Source: a virus | Lineage: Duplodnaviria; Caudoviricetes | Direction: 5' to 3' (one strand) | DNA: 64,000 bases | IMG/VR virus record: IMGVR_UViG_3300042975_000096 | Part shown: piece after piece, positions 1-9,476 of the stretch | Layout of the letters: each line of letters starts with the position of its first letter | Position numbering within the stretch: the first letter of the stretch is position 1 | The notes under the pieces: model-generated | The model's input: only the letters and a program-made list of their open reading frames with translations | What the model was told of the DNA's origin: nothing | Databases searched by the model: none | Translations under genes and position numbers: made by a program

Positions 1-59
1 TCAGAATATCGTCTAATTACAAAATATCATAATTATTGGTTAATATTACTTTTGTTCAT

Positions 60-97
60 AAAAATGACCCTCAATTCCATTTTTGAGGGTCATTTTA
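60..97 (-). terminator. Rho-independent terminator after the sigma factor gene
   Basis: Inverted repeat aaaatgaccctcaa...ttgagggtcatttt just downstream of the ORF 107..769 stop. Confidence 0.75.
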
Positions 98-106
98 TCC
101 TTTATA

Positions 107-769
107 TTATTGATTGTCATTTTTTGACAATTTATCAAACAAATATTGCTTTAATTCTTCAATATGCATCTCTCGTTTTTCTTCATCAGAATGACTTTCG
201 TCCAATGCCATATATAAATCCCTTAATGCTTTTTTCTTAATAACCGAAACTCTACTTTGACTGATATTTAATTTCTTACCAATTTCTTGCTGTTTAAATC
301 CTTGTAAAGTTAATTTAACAACATCACATTGCCTATCTTTCAATAATGAATAAACATATTCTAGATACATTTCACTATCCACTTCTTTTGTATCATCTAC
401 TGTTTGATTCTGCAATAAATATTCACAGTATTCTGATGGCTTTTCTCTTTTTCCTTTAAAGTAATATCTTTGAATATAAGCTCTTAATTTCGTAATAAGA
501 TTCTTAAATAAATATCTATCAAACGGATAAAAATGTCCATTATGATACGGGTCATATTGGTCACATAAGGTTGAATAATAAATATATGCCTGTTGCAACA
601 AATCATCTTTAGAAAAGTTTTTCCACCATCCTAGCCAACCAACCAATTTATTTATTTTTGCTTCATAGTAAAACCAAACCTCATTTTTATTTGTTTTTAC
701 TAATTCATACAACGGTTCAAATGGGGCAACTGCATCGAAATCCTCTTTTGGAACTCTAGTATCTAACAA
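107..769 (-). CDS. Phage-encoded sigma-70 family RNA polymerase sigma factor (probably late/middle)
   Basis: Region-2-like DDLLQQAYIYY segment; region-4 HTH LKDRQCDVVKLTLQGFKQQEIGKKLNISQSRVSVIKKKAL; TTG start after AGGAG. Confidence 0.8.
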   Translation of the reverse strand: MLDTRVPKEDFDAVAPFEPLYELVKTNKNEVWFYYEAKINKLVGWLGWWKNFSKDDLLQQAYIYYSTLCDQYDPYHNGHFYPFDRYLFKNLITKLRAYIQRYYFKGKREKPSEYCEYLLQNQTVDDTKEVDSEMYLEYVYSLLKDRQCDVVKLTLQGFKQQEIGKKLNISQSRVSVIKKKALRDLYMALDESHSDEEKREMHIEELKQYLFDKLSKNDNQ

Positions 770-789
770 ATTATTTCACTCTCCTGAAA

Positions 790-2004
790 TCAAGCTTGTT
801 CAACTACAACAAACCCAATCTTATTAATAACATTACTATCAATAAATGTCTGTAAATCATTTTTTGTAATACTTTGCAATGTTTTTAAATTCTTTTTATT
901 GTCATATGGCATTTCATTAATAATTTGATTAATTTTATCCATATTATTATCTTCACAAAATATCTCTGCTTTTTTGAAATCAGACAATGTTCCAATCATA
1001 TTCGATTCGAATTCATTGTTAGTAATTCCTTCTTCTTTTACCTTGTTAAAATTCTCAATAATCAATTCTTTCGTTTTTTCAATATTATCTATATTTAATC
1101 CAACATAACAATACATAAGCGCAACATCATTAGGATAATAAATATAACTACATCCCAATGTATAAGCATAGCCATATTTTTCTCTTATTTCCATCAATCT
1201 TGAACCAAATCCATCGCCCATAATATCACAAAACATTTGTGCCATAAAATCGTCTTTCTCATTATCAATTTTTATTGGCAAATAAGCTACTAAATGAGAT
1301 TGTGAACCAACCAAACTTTGTGTAGCATTTGCAATCTTTATTTCTTTAGTATCAACCCTATAATTAACGGAAGAATTTTTAAATTCATAATCTTGCAAAT
1401 ATTCTTTCATGAACTTAACTACTTTTTCATGATTGATGTTACCAGTAATTACAATTTTAATATTTTTAGGAATAAAATAGTTTTCAATATATTCTGAAAC
1501 ATCTTCTCTTGTGATTTCACTAACTGTTTCAGGTGTACCGCCATTATTCCATCTATTTTCAATATCAGGAAAAATTGTTTTTGTCAATAAATCCAAAACA
1601 ACATGTTTTCCCTCATCTGAATACATTTTCAATTCTTCAACAACAACTGATTTTTCCAAATCAAATTCTTCTTCTGGTAATGTATTATTCCAAACAATAT
1701 CGGATAATACATCTAAAGCTTCTTCCCAATATTCTTTTAAAATTGTACAATAAAAAGCCGTGTGATTTTCTGCGGTATAAGCATTCATTGAACCACCAAA
1801 TTTTGAAACATCTTCCCAAATTTGGTCTTTATCACGATTAGCCGTTCCCTTAAATACCATATGCTCTGTCAAATGTGCAATACCTAATTTATCATCAGGT
1901 TCATCCATTGAACCTTTATCAATCATATATGCTATATTAACAAAATCTTCATTTCGCTTATCTGTAATTATTTCAAGACCATTATTCAATGTCGTACTTT
2001 TCAT
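790..2004 (-). CDS. M16 (insulinase/pitrilysin, M16B-like) zinc metallopeptidase
   Basis: Inverted zincin HxxEH in GIAHLTEHMVFKGT, NAYT motif, EKSVVVEE, C-terminal SRLMEIREKYGYAY; start moved to the ATG after GAGGGG. Confidence 0.92.
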   Translation of the reverse strand: MKSTTLNNGLEIITDKRNEDFVNIAYMIDKGSMDEPDDKLGIAHLTEHMVFKGTANRDKDQIWEDVSKFGGSMNAYTAENHTAFYCTILKEYWEEALDVLSDIVWNNTLPEEEFDLEKSVVVEELKMYSDEGKHVVLDLLTKTIFPDIENRWNNGGTPETVSEITREDVSEYIENYFIPKNIKIVITGNINHEKVVKFMKEYLQDYEFKNSSVNYRVDTKEIKIANATQSLVGSQSHLVAYLPIKIDNEKDDFMAQMFCDIMGDGFGSRLMEIREKYGYAYTLGCSYIYYPNDVALMYCYVGLNIDNIEKTKELIIENFNKVKEEGITNNEFESNMIGTLSDFKKAEIFCEDNNMDKINQIINEMPYDNKKNLKTLQSITKNDLQTFIDSNVINKIGFVVVEQA

Positions 2005-2080
2005 AATTTGCCCCCTCAATTCTTTTTTTATAATTTTATTATATTTATAACAAATTAAAATATTATATTATATTTGATAA

Positions 2081-3163
2081 TTATTTTTCAAAATCACTTA
2101 TAAATATTCCATTCGCAACATAATTATCTACATTTATTGTGTATGTTTTTTCATATCCACTATTATTTACTTCTATCACTTTTTCAAATCTTATATCCGT
2201 ATCTCGTATATCATCTTGTATTTTGCTATCATGATTTTTCAATACTTCATTTGATTTGTTTAATACTGACTGCTTATCTTCTACAATTGATTTCACCTTT
2301 TTAGACAAAAAAGTAAAATTCTCTTTTCCCCTAATCCAAACTATCCATAATGGATTTCTCAATCTACCGCTATCCTGTTTTCGTTTGCTCGTTCCTTGTC
2401 TTAATTCTATTTTGGAATGAACACCTATCTTTAAAAATGCAAATTGAAGTTCATTTGCCAAATCTTCTCCATTACATGTGAAATACATAACTGGTTTTCT
2501 CCCATCCTCAACATATGTATTTGCATCAGAATCAATAATTCCACCTAATAATTCACATAAACTATTTTCATTTAATTTATCCCAATCCTTTGGCAATGTC
2601 TTTTTTTCTTTTGATTGTTTATTGATTCCACTAGAAGATAATTTGTTTTCTATATCAACTAAGCTAATGATTTTACGTTTATTTCCTTTTTCATCTTCTT
2701 CATTTCTTATAATATTTGTTTTTATACCCTGTGATTCAATATATGATATTATTTTATCATCACATGATGATAATCTTATATTTGATGTTTCATAATCTCC
2801 TGCACCAATCATAATACCAATCAATCGTGCTTTAGATAATGTATTTTTTCCAAAGAAAGGCAATTCCTGAACAACGCCAATATTATCTCCCTTTTTTATG
2901 TTTTTTAATTGCTCCCATTTGGGAATTCTTGTACTTCTAGGTTTAACAATTACTTTTGTGGTTTCATTACCCTCACAAAACAATTGAGAGTCTAATACCA
3001 ATTTAATGGTATTAGACTCCGTTTCTTTTGTTGTCCCGTTTTGTTCTATCAATTGTTGTGTGTTATCAAAATCTATAGATATAACTTTACCTTCTGATAT
3101 TGATTTAATTGGTTTTAATTCTCCATTATATAATTGTATATTCGAATCTCCAATTACACCCAT
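2081..3163 (-). CDS. Free-standing degenerate intein (Hint + LAGLIDADG endonuclease domains), splicing residues lost
   Basis: N-terminus MGVIGDSNIQLYNGELKPIK resembles intein block A; LAGLIDADG-like LIGIMIGAG and LLGGIIDSD; C-terminus TYTINVDNYVANGIFISD resembles blocks F/G; own AGGAG RBS before ATG 3163. Confidence 0.8.
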   Translation of the reverse strand: MGVIGDSNIQLYNGELKPIKSISEGKVISIDFDNTQQLIEQNGTTKETESNTIKLVLDSQLFCEGNETTKVIVKPRSTRIPKWEQLKNIKKGDNIGVVQELPFFGKNTLSKARLIGIMIGAGDYETSNIRLSSCDDKIISYIESQGIKTNIIRNEEDEKGNKRKIISLVDIENKLSSSGINKQSKEKKTLPKDWDKLNENSLCELLGGIIDSDANTYVEDGRKPVMYFTCNGEDLANELQFAFLKIGVHSKIELRQGTSKRKQDSGRLRNPLWIVWIRGKENFTFLSKKVKSIVEDKQSVLNKSNEVLKNHDSKIQDDIRDTDIRFEKVIEVNNSGYEKTYTINVDNYVANGIFISDFEK

Positions 3164-3174
3164 TTTATTATCTC

Positions 3175-5259
3175 CTATATATTCTTGCATATGACGGTTT
3201 TCGGCATGTGTCCACGTCTACCACTTAATGCTGCAAAATTAGCCAATACATCCGCATCACAACAGTCATCATGATAACCTGCCGGTGCTTCAATTTTTTT
3301 ATTAACAGAAAAGCCAACTGTGAATTCCAAATCAGCCCATTCAGAAATCATTCTATGATAAAAACTTACATTATTTTTACCAGCACCTGGACCTTCTGAA
3401 CGCTCAAAATTCTCTTTTGTCATATATTTGAATTTATCATTTTCTAATTCTTGTCTCCATTTTGCATACATAATATTTTTCATATTCATACCACTATTAG
3501 TAAACCTATCGCGAGAATTAAAAATAATACCTTCCATATTCTGTATCCCATATTCCTCTTGCAATGTTTGAACTACTGCTGCTCCGCATCCTGTATAATC
3601 CGCAAATATTCTTCTCGTTTCAAATATTGGATGTGGGCCACCAAATAAATGGGAAATACAATACATTTGCTCTGGATAACTAGTATCCTTAAACTCCTTA
3701 CAAAATACTTTTTGTTTTACGCCATCTCTAGTTATTCTTAAAACAGTAATGTGCGTACTATCTCCCTCTGGATTACTTCCTGCAAAGTCGATTCCTGCCA
3801 CATAATTTTCACCAATTTTACCATGTTCCAACCATTCAAATTCGCCATCTGTTAATTTTTCGATGTGCTTACTATTCAAATATTTACCTGCACCATCTAT
3901 GAATTCCAACATATACTGAGTTCTAAAATCTTCTATATCCAAGTTTCCGTCTGTCCATACTTCAGGATTATTCGGGAACATTTCTTGTTTTAATGATTTT
4001 GGCATTGCCTGTTCTACAATGAACTTTGAATATGGTCTAACAATACCTGTATTAGGGTCAGGTAAATAAATTGCACCTAATGCCCATGATTGCGCACATT
4101 GTGTCCAATCTCTTTTTACAACTGTCCATTTTTCATGTGCTTTTCCCTCTACCGCATCATAAAAATGGTTTCTCGTTTTTGGCGTTCCTATTTTGATAAG
4201 CTTCGCATTTGTAGCACCGCCCATTGGAACTATACGCTCTGACCATGTATAATCAGATACCTTCTGTGCCTCATCTAAGCATATAATATCAAATGTCAAA
4301 CCTTCGATGTTTGACTGGTCACTTGCTGATACTGCTGCAACATAAGAACCATTATCCAACATAACTTTATCTTTTGTCAATTTCACTATTTTATGATTTA
4401 ACTTATCTTCATTCATTTGACAAAATGTACTTAATCGTCCAATACTAACCTCTGCCTGTTGTTGTCTAGGTGTAAAAATACCAACTCGCATTTGCGGAAA
4501 ATTATCTATTAAATATCCACTAAAACAAGCGATGCTTTCTGTATTATGCGTTACTGTGTAATCGCCTAATAAAAATAAATGGTCTTTACTATCAATAGTA
4601 AATCCATAATAGTTTCCTATTCCTTTATCTATCAATTTTATTTCATAAGATTCTCTTTTTTGAAAATCTCTAGACATTCTATATCCATATAATTTTTTAT
4701 TTGATTTAATATAATCTTCAACATTTATATTAATAACATTATTATTCTCATCTAATAATGATAGTATGTGGGATTTATTTACAGTATAACTTCCATTAAG
4801 ACTGTTTACTTCATACATACGTTCTGTTCCACGACCTAAAGAAGTAACAAGCACTCCTTCACCTTTTGGAGACATTACATAATTTCCAACCTCAACATCC
4901 TCGACATTTTTTGTTTTGCCATTTGCCATAAGAATTTTTGTTCCTTTTGCAAAACATTTTCCTGCCTGTCTAGACATCATTCCTGCAACCTGTTTCAATT
5001 TTGGATGACATACCGCACGTATTAATGCTGTTTGATTTTCATGTAATAACCTTCTGCTTTCAGGCAAATGTGCTCTTAAAACATTTTCACAATACTCTAT
5101 TGGGTCTAACCTGTTCAAAAACTGATGAAACATAAAATCTTGTAATGGTTGTCCATTTATCATATTTTCCTGTGACGTTGCAACAATATCATTTTTAATT
5201 AAATCGACATTGCTTTTTATACCTGCTGTTATTGCTTTTGTTAAGTCTTGTGAACTCAT
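3175..5259 (-). CDS. terL: Terminase large subunit, intein-containing
   Basis: Walker A SRQAGK/T split by an intein, Walker B FDIICLDEAQ, GTP coupling motif, RNase H-like nuclease motifs YVAGIDFAG and HDDCCDA. Confidence 0.92.
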   Translation of the reverse strand: MSSQDLTKAITAGIKSNVDLIKNDIVATSQENMINGQPLQDFMFHQFLNRLDPIEYCENVLRAHLPESRRLLHENQTALIRAVCHPKLKQVAGMMSRQAGKCFAKGTKILMANGKTKNVEDVEVGNYVMSPKGEGVLVTSLGRGTERMYEVNSLNGSYTVNKSHILSLLDENNNVININVEDYIKSNKKLYGYRMSRDFQKRESYEIKLIDKGIGNYYGFTIDSKDHLFLLGDYTVTHNTESIACFSGYLIDNFPQMRVGIFTPRQQQAEVSIGRLSTFCQMNEDKLNHKIVKLTKDKVMLDNGSYVAAVSASDQSNIEGLTFDIICLDEAQKVSDYTWSERIVPMGGATNAKLIKIGTPKTRNHFYDAVEGKAHEKWTVVKRDWTQCAQSWALGAIYLPDPNTGIVRPYSKFIVEQAMPKSLKQEMFPNNPEVWTDGNLDIEDFRTQYMLEFIDGAGKYLNSKHIEKLTDGEFEWLEHGKIGENYVAGIDFAGSNPEGDSTHITVLRITRDGVKQKVFCKEFKDTSYPEQMYCISHLFGGPHPIFETRRIFADYTGCGAAVVQTLQEEYGIQNMEGIIFNSRDRFTNSGMNMKNIMYAKWRQELENDKFKYMTKENFERSEGPGAGKNNVSFYHRMISEWADLEFTVGFSVNKKIEAPAGYHDDCCDADVLANFAALSGRRGHMPKTVICKNI
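4543..4956 (-). mobile_element. Mini-intein (138 aa, no endonuclease) in the terminase Walker A motif
   Basis: Starts CFAKGTKILMANG, block B VNKSHIL, ends LFLLGDYTVTHN followed by Thr(+1). Confidence 0.9.
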
Positions 5260-5951
5260 TTACACATTTTTCCTTTCCGTCTTGCTACTCGTTTTACTTC
5301 TTTGTTTTGCCAATCATAATCATACACTTTTTTAATATCACTTTTTTTCTTTCTTAAAGCGTTTATCACTTCTTCTTGATTACAATTTTCCAACGTTTCA
5401 ATAAAACATATTCCTTGCGCAACTTGACCAAATGCTAATTTTTCATTTCCCGTAAAATCATTTCCTGTTTCTTCCATATATTTATTCAATAATTGAGAAT
5501 GTGTATCTGTTCCCTTATTTCCTAAAATAATACTTCCATTAACATATACAAATGGATAATCTCTACCTGTATATTCAATGTCAAAATCCCTATTAATTTC
5601 CGTTTCTTCTCCAACTACATCCTTTTTATTTAACAATTCTTTTGGATTAGATATACCGAAAGATTCAAAAAACTTCTTATACTTATTTAATATTTTATTA
5701 CAATATGTGCTATTAATAAATTCTTCTGCTAATTCTTTACAAGATGATTCACTTAAATTATTTGATTGGGCAAACCCAGATAGATTTATCAATTGTTCAA
5801 AATTATTTTTACAATATTCTGTTTTTTCATCACTGGTTTTTCCTAACAATTCTTCTACAAAATTCGTATATTTGCTATCTGAAAAAGATTCATTGTTTAA
5901 ATAATTATATAATGAATTAACCATATTTGGATTTGCAACCAACCGTTTCAT
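5256..5951 (-). CDS. KRL-motif family protein, one copy of the repeated domain (putative head-packaged protein)
   Basis: Starts MKRLVA, ends VKRVARRK; RDYPFVYVNG...THSQLL...FGQV...ENC...KVYDYD domain shared with neighbours. Confidence 0.6.
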   Translation of the reverse strand: MKRLVANPNMVNSLYNYLNNESFSDSKYTNFVEELLGKTSDEKTEYCKNNFEQLINLSGFAQSNNLSESSCKELAEEFINSTYCNKILNKYKKFFESFGISNPKELLNKKDVVGEETEINRDFDIEYTGRDYPFVYVNGSIILGNKGTDTHSQLLNKYMEETGNDFTGNEKLAFGQVAQGICFIETLENCNQEEVINALRKKKSDIKKVYDYDWQNKEVKRVARRKGKMCK

Positions 5952-5953
5952 TA

Positions 5954-7582
5954 TTACCATCTCTTCTTTGCTAATCGTTTTACTTGTGACTTGCTAAATT
6001 GATAATCATATATTTTTACTAATTTATTATCGGCTTCTTTTAATGCTTTTACTACATCATCTAATGCACAATTTTCTGTCGTTTGTATAAATGCCATATT
6101 ATTTACAATGTGACCAAAAGAACACGGCTCATTTCCTTCCAATTCTTTTACCTGCTTAATCGTTCTTACACGTTCATTACCATAATCTTTTGTTTTGAAA
6201 TAACGATTCAATAAGCTTGTATGTGTATCTCCACTATTATAACCAAATACTACGTCTCCGTTAATATATAAATATGGATAATCTCTATTGTGTCCATCTA
6301 CACTGAATTTACTTGTCGTTTTAGTTGTTTCCCCTACTTCATCATCACTATTTAATAAATCTTCTGCATTATTTATCTCGCTAGTATCATCACTATTATT
6401 ATTTTTTTCTTCTAAACCAATAGCATTTTCTATTTTAGAAACAACTTTAGCAAATTGAGGATTCGTTTTATTGTTTTCCACAAAACCTTTTATGGAATTA
6501 TCAAAATTAGCTCCACAAGAATATTTATCATCTAAATTCAAGTTAGATAATATTAGATTTCCTAATCCACCATTTTTTATCATCTTATTAAATATTGCAT
6601 ATATATCTACAATGGTTAATCCATCATTTTTATCGTAAATGCTTTTTAATTCTTCTGCGTTTCCCATTCCTTCAAAAGCCATATCAATATTTTCCGCTAT
6701 GGTTTCAATTACTGAATCACTACAATTTTCTTTTTGAATTAAATCATTAATATTATTCAATTCTTCTTTTGCCAATCTTTTTAATGATGGCACTTCAAAA
6801 TCATAATCATATATTTTTTTGTAATTTCCTTTTTTCTTTAATGCGTTAACAACCTCTGATTCATCACAATTTTCTAATGTTTGAATAAATGCTATACCAT
6901 CCATAATGTGACCAAATGCTATTGGTTCTCCAGCTTCCAAATCATCAACTGAATCTACAGAACGAATACGTTTTCTAGGAACATTTTCATTTTTGAAATA
7001 TTTATTAATCAAATCACTGTGCGTTTCATTTTTATTTCCTACAATTATTCCCCCACGCATATACAAAAATGCACTATCTCTATTTCCTAAATCTATATCA
7101 AAATCCTTTGAACAAGATATGGTATCTCCTACTTTATCATCATTATCTGATAATTCTTTTACATCAGAAATACCCTCTGCTTCTGAATTGTTATGTAAAT
7201 ACATAGAATACGTTACTTTTAAATCGGCTTCTAATTTTTTCTTTACATCCGCATTTTTATTAATTACTGTATCAATAATATCAATTACATCAAAACTTTG
7301 GTCTTCTGCTTCATTTGCTAGATTTTCATCATCATTAAATTTAGCTACTGCCATTAAATCATACATGAAATTATCCTTGAATTCAAAATCATCCGATGCA
7401 AAATCAATCATATCCTCTACAGTAATTGATTTTGCATCTTTTTCTTCTGCCAAATCTGAAAATATATCAGAGTCTTGTAATTCACGACCAATTGTTTCTT
7501 CTACTGCATTTTTCATTTCTTCAGGCGTAAAATATTTTAATGCTTTTTCATATCCTAAATCTTCACCTGCTAATCGTTTCAT
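5954..7582 (-). CDS. KRL-motif family protein, two copies of the repeated domain
   Basis: Starts MKRLA; internal LKRLAK between the two domain copies; ends VKRLAKKRW. Confidence 0.6.
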   Translation of the reverse strand: MKRLAGEDLGYEKALKYFTPEEMKNAVEETIGRELQDSDIFSDLAEEKDAKSITVEDMIDFASDDFEFKDNFMYDLMAVAKFNDDENLANEAEDQSFDVIDIIDTVINKNADVKKKLEADLKVTYSMYLHNNSEAEGISDVKELSDNDDKVGDTISCSKDFDIDLGNRDSAFLYMRGGIIVGNKNETHSDLINKYFKNENVPRKRIRSVDSVDDLEAGEPIAFGHIMDGIAFIQTLENCDESEVVNALKKKGNYKKIYDYDFEVPSLKRLAKEELNNINDLIQKENCSDSVIETIAENIDMAFEGMGNAEELKSIYDKNDGLTIVDIYAIFNKMIKNGGLGNLILSNLNLDDKYSCGANFDNSIKGFVENNKTNPQFAKVVSKIENAIGLEEKNNNSDDTSEINNAEDLLNSDDEVGETTKTTSKFSVDGHNRDYPYLYINGDVVFGYNSGDTHTSLLNRYFKTKDYGNERVRTIKQVKELEGNEPCSFGHIVNNMAFIQTTENCALDDVVKALKEADNKLVKIYDYQFSKSQVKRLAKKRW

Positions 7583-7595
7583 TACACATGTCTCC

Positions 7596-8480
7596 TTATT
7601 TCATTCGCTTCATTTTTCTTTTTGCTAAACGTTTTACTTCAAATCCTTGATAATCATAATCATATATCTTGTCAAAACTATCTTCTGATTTTAATGCTTT
7701 TGCTACATCTTCTTTTGTACAATTATGACATTCATCAATAAACGCCATTCCATCGGCTATCTGTCCTACACCAAATGGCATATTCGGGTCTGCTCCATCT
7801 ACCTGTTTTAAGTTTCTAGTACGTATATTACTATCTTTATCTGTATTGAAATATTCATTGACTAAATCAGTGTGGCAAGAGCCTTTTCCACTACTTGACC
7901 CAATTAAAATATCTCCATTAATATACACAAATGGGGCTTCTCTGTTTCCTCTATCTATATCAAATCCAGAACTTAATTCAAGAACATCCCCTACTTTATC
8001 ATCATTATCTACTAAATCACCTGCTCCTTCAGGTAATCCTTCTTCTTCATCTTCCCCTTTTGAATTAACCAAATCATCATGAGTAAATTCATTATATGAC
8101 ATTTCTATATCACTATCAAATTGATTCTTTAATGATTCATCATTGCTAATAATATCTTCTATTAACATTTCTATATCGCATTCAATATCTAAATATCCAT
8201 AATATTTTTCGATTCCATCCATAAACATTTCAGTTATTTTCTCACCATTTAATTTAAATGCTTCAAATAACCAATCAGAATAATCAGGAGCACTATCAAT
8301 GTAATCCATATTTTCAAATATTTCATAATCGTAAAGCATGGAACTATTTCCTTCAATTAACTGCTTTACAATATCTTTTAATTCATCTTTAGATAAATAT
8401 TCTGTTAAATCACTATAATCGTCTACTATTGGGTCTACTTCTTCATCTTCTACTTCTTCAGCTATAACCAATCTTTTCAT
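7596..8480 (-). CDS. KRL-motif family protein, acidic N-terminus plus one copy of the repeated domain
   Basis: Starts MKRLVIA, ends VKRLAKRK; same domain as 5256 and 5954. Confidence 0.6.
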   Translation of the reverse strand: MKRLVIAEEVEDEEVDPIVDDYSDLTEYLSKDELKDIVKQLIEGNSSMLYDYEIFENMDYIDSAPDYSDWLFEAFKLNGEKITEMFMDGIEKYYGYLDIECDIEMLIEDIISNDESLKNQFDSDIEMSYNEFTHDDLVNSKGEDEEEGLPEGAGDLVDNDDKVGDVLELSSGFDIDRGNREAPFVYINGDILIGSSSGKGSCHTDLVNEYFNTDKDSNIRTRNLKQVDGADPNMPFGVGQIADGMAFIDECHNCTKEDVAKALKSEDSFDKIYDYDYQGFEVKRLAKRKMKRMK

Positions 8481-8499
8481 TTTTCCATCCCCAAATTCT

Positions 8500-9450
8500 T
8501 TAATTCTTAATCAATAATTTCATTAATCCATTGTCACGTACAACCTGTCCACTTTTCCATACATAATCCATAAAACATATCGGTGACATATTATAGATTG
8601 CAGGAGGTGAATATGTTAATACTGAATATTTTGCTTCGGTTTCGTTCGCATTATTTGATTCTATAAATTTCATAATATAATCTTCTAACATTTCTTCTTT
8701 TGTATCGTATTCATGAATTCCACGATTTGATTCCCACGATGATTCTATTACATAAACTTTATTATTTGTCTCGTAGCTTAACCATGTATGCGTTGGTTCT
8801 TCAGGTAATCCTGCCATTTCAATGTAATACAATTGACAGAAAATATTTTTGAAATATTCTTTGAAATATTCATATTCATAATTTGCATAATCCCAACATA
8901 CACCTATATGATATTTGCTAAAATCTATAGGTGATATTGTATGATAGTTGCTGAAATCATCTGTATATTTCTTTCCATTCCAAATAAATCCATATTCTTG
9001 ATTCTTATTTAAATATTTCAATAATTCATTCGGCGTATTCGCTACTTTTGGTAACGAAATTCTTGTCATTACATAAAATTTATCACCATGTTCAGGATTG
9101 TTATTTATATACGTTATTACAAAACCATGCTTTTTATATAATGACAACGCCTTGCTATTCGTTTGTAAAACATTTAATACTAATTTATGACTTCCATATT
9201 TATTAATCACAAATTCTAATAATTGTGTGCCAATCCCTTTATTCCTGAATTCATCCTTAATAAAAAATTTTGATAGTCCATAAAAATCTTCATCTTTACT
9301 ATGCGTTACTTTTATTCTACCAACTAATTCATCGTTAACAAAATACCCATATGGATAATTACCACTTTGATTATCATACATATTTGGATATTCTTCTCGA
9401 CTTAATAAACGTATATTGCTTTTTCCTCTTTTTATAAGACGTTTCTTCAT
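8500..9450 (-). CDS. GNAT acetyltransferase fused to a transglutaminase-like (Cys-His) domain
   Basis: GNAT motif A FRNKGIGTQLL and motif B NSKALSLYKKHGF; C-terminal GVCWDYA...THTW...IESSW. Confidence 0.75.
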   Translation of the reverse strand: MKKRLIKRGKSNIRLLSREEYPNMYDNQSGNYPYGYFVNDELVGRIKVTHSKDEDFYGLSKFFIKDEFRNKGIGTQLLEFVINKYGSHKLVLNVLQTNSKALSLYKKHGFVITYINNNPEHGDKFYVMTRISLPKVANTPNELLKYLNKNQEYGFIWNGKKYTDDFSNYHTISPIDFSKYHIGVCWDYANYEYEYFKEYFKNIFCQLYYIEMAGLPEEPTHTWLSYETNNKVYVIESSWESNRGIHEYDTKEEMLEDYIMKFIESNNANETEAKYSVLTYSPPAIYNMSPICFMDYVWKSGQVVRDNGLMKLLIKN

Positions 9451-9476
9451 TTCTTATATCCTTTTCAATAAACGAT

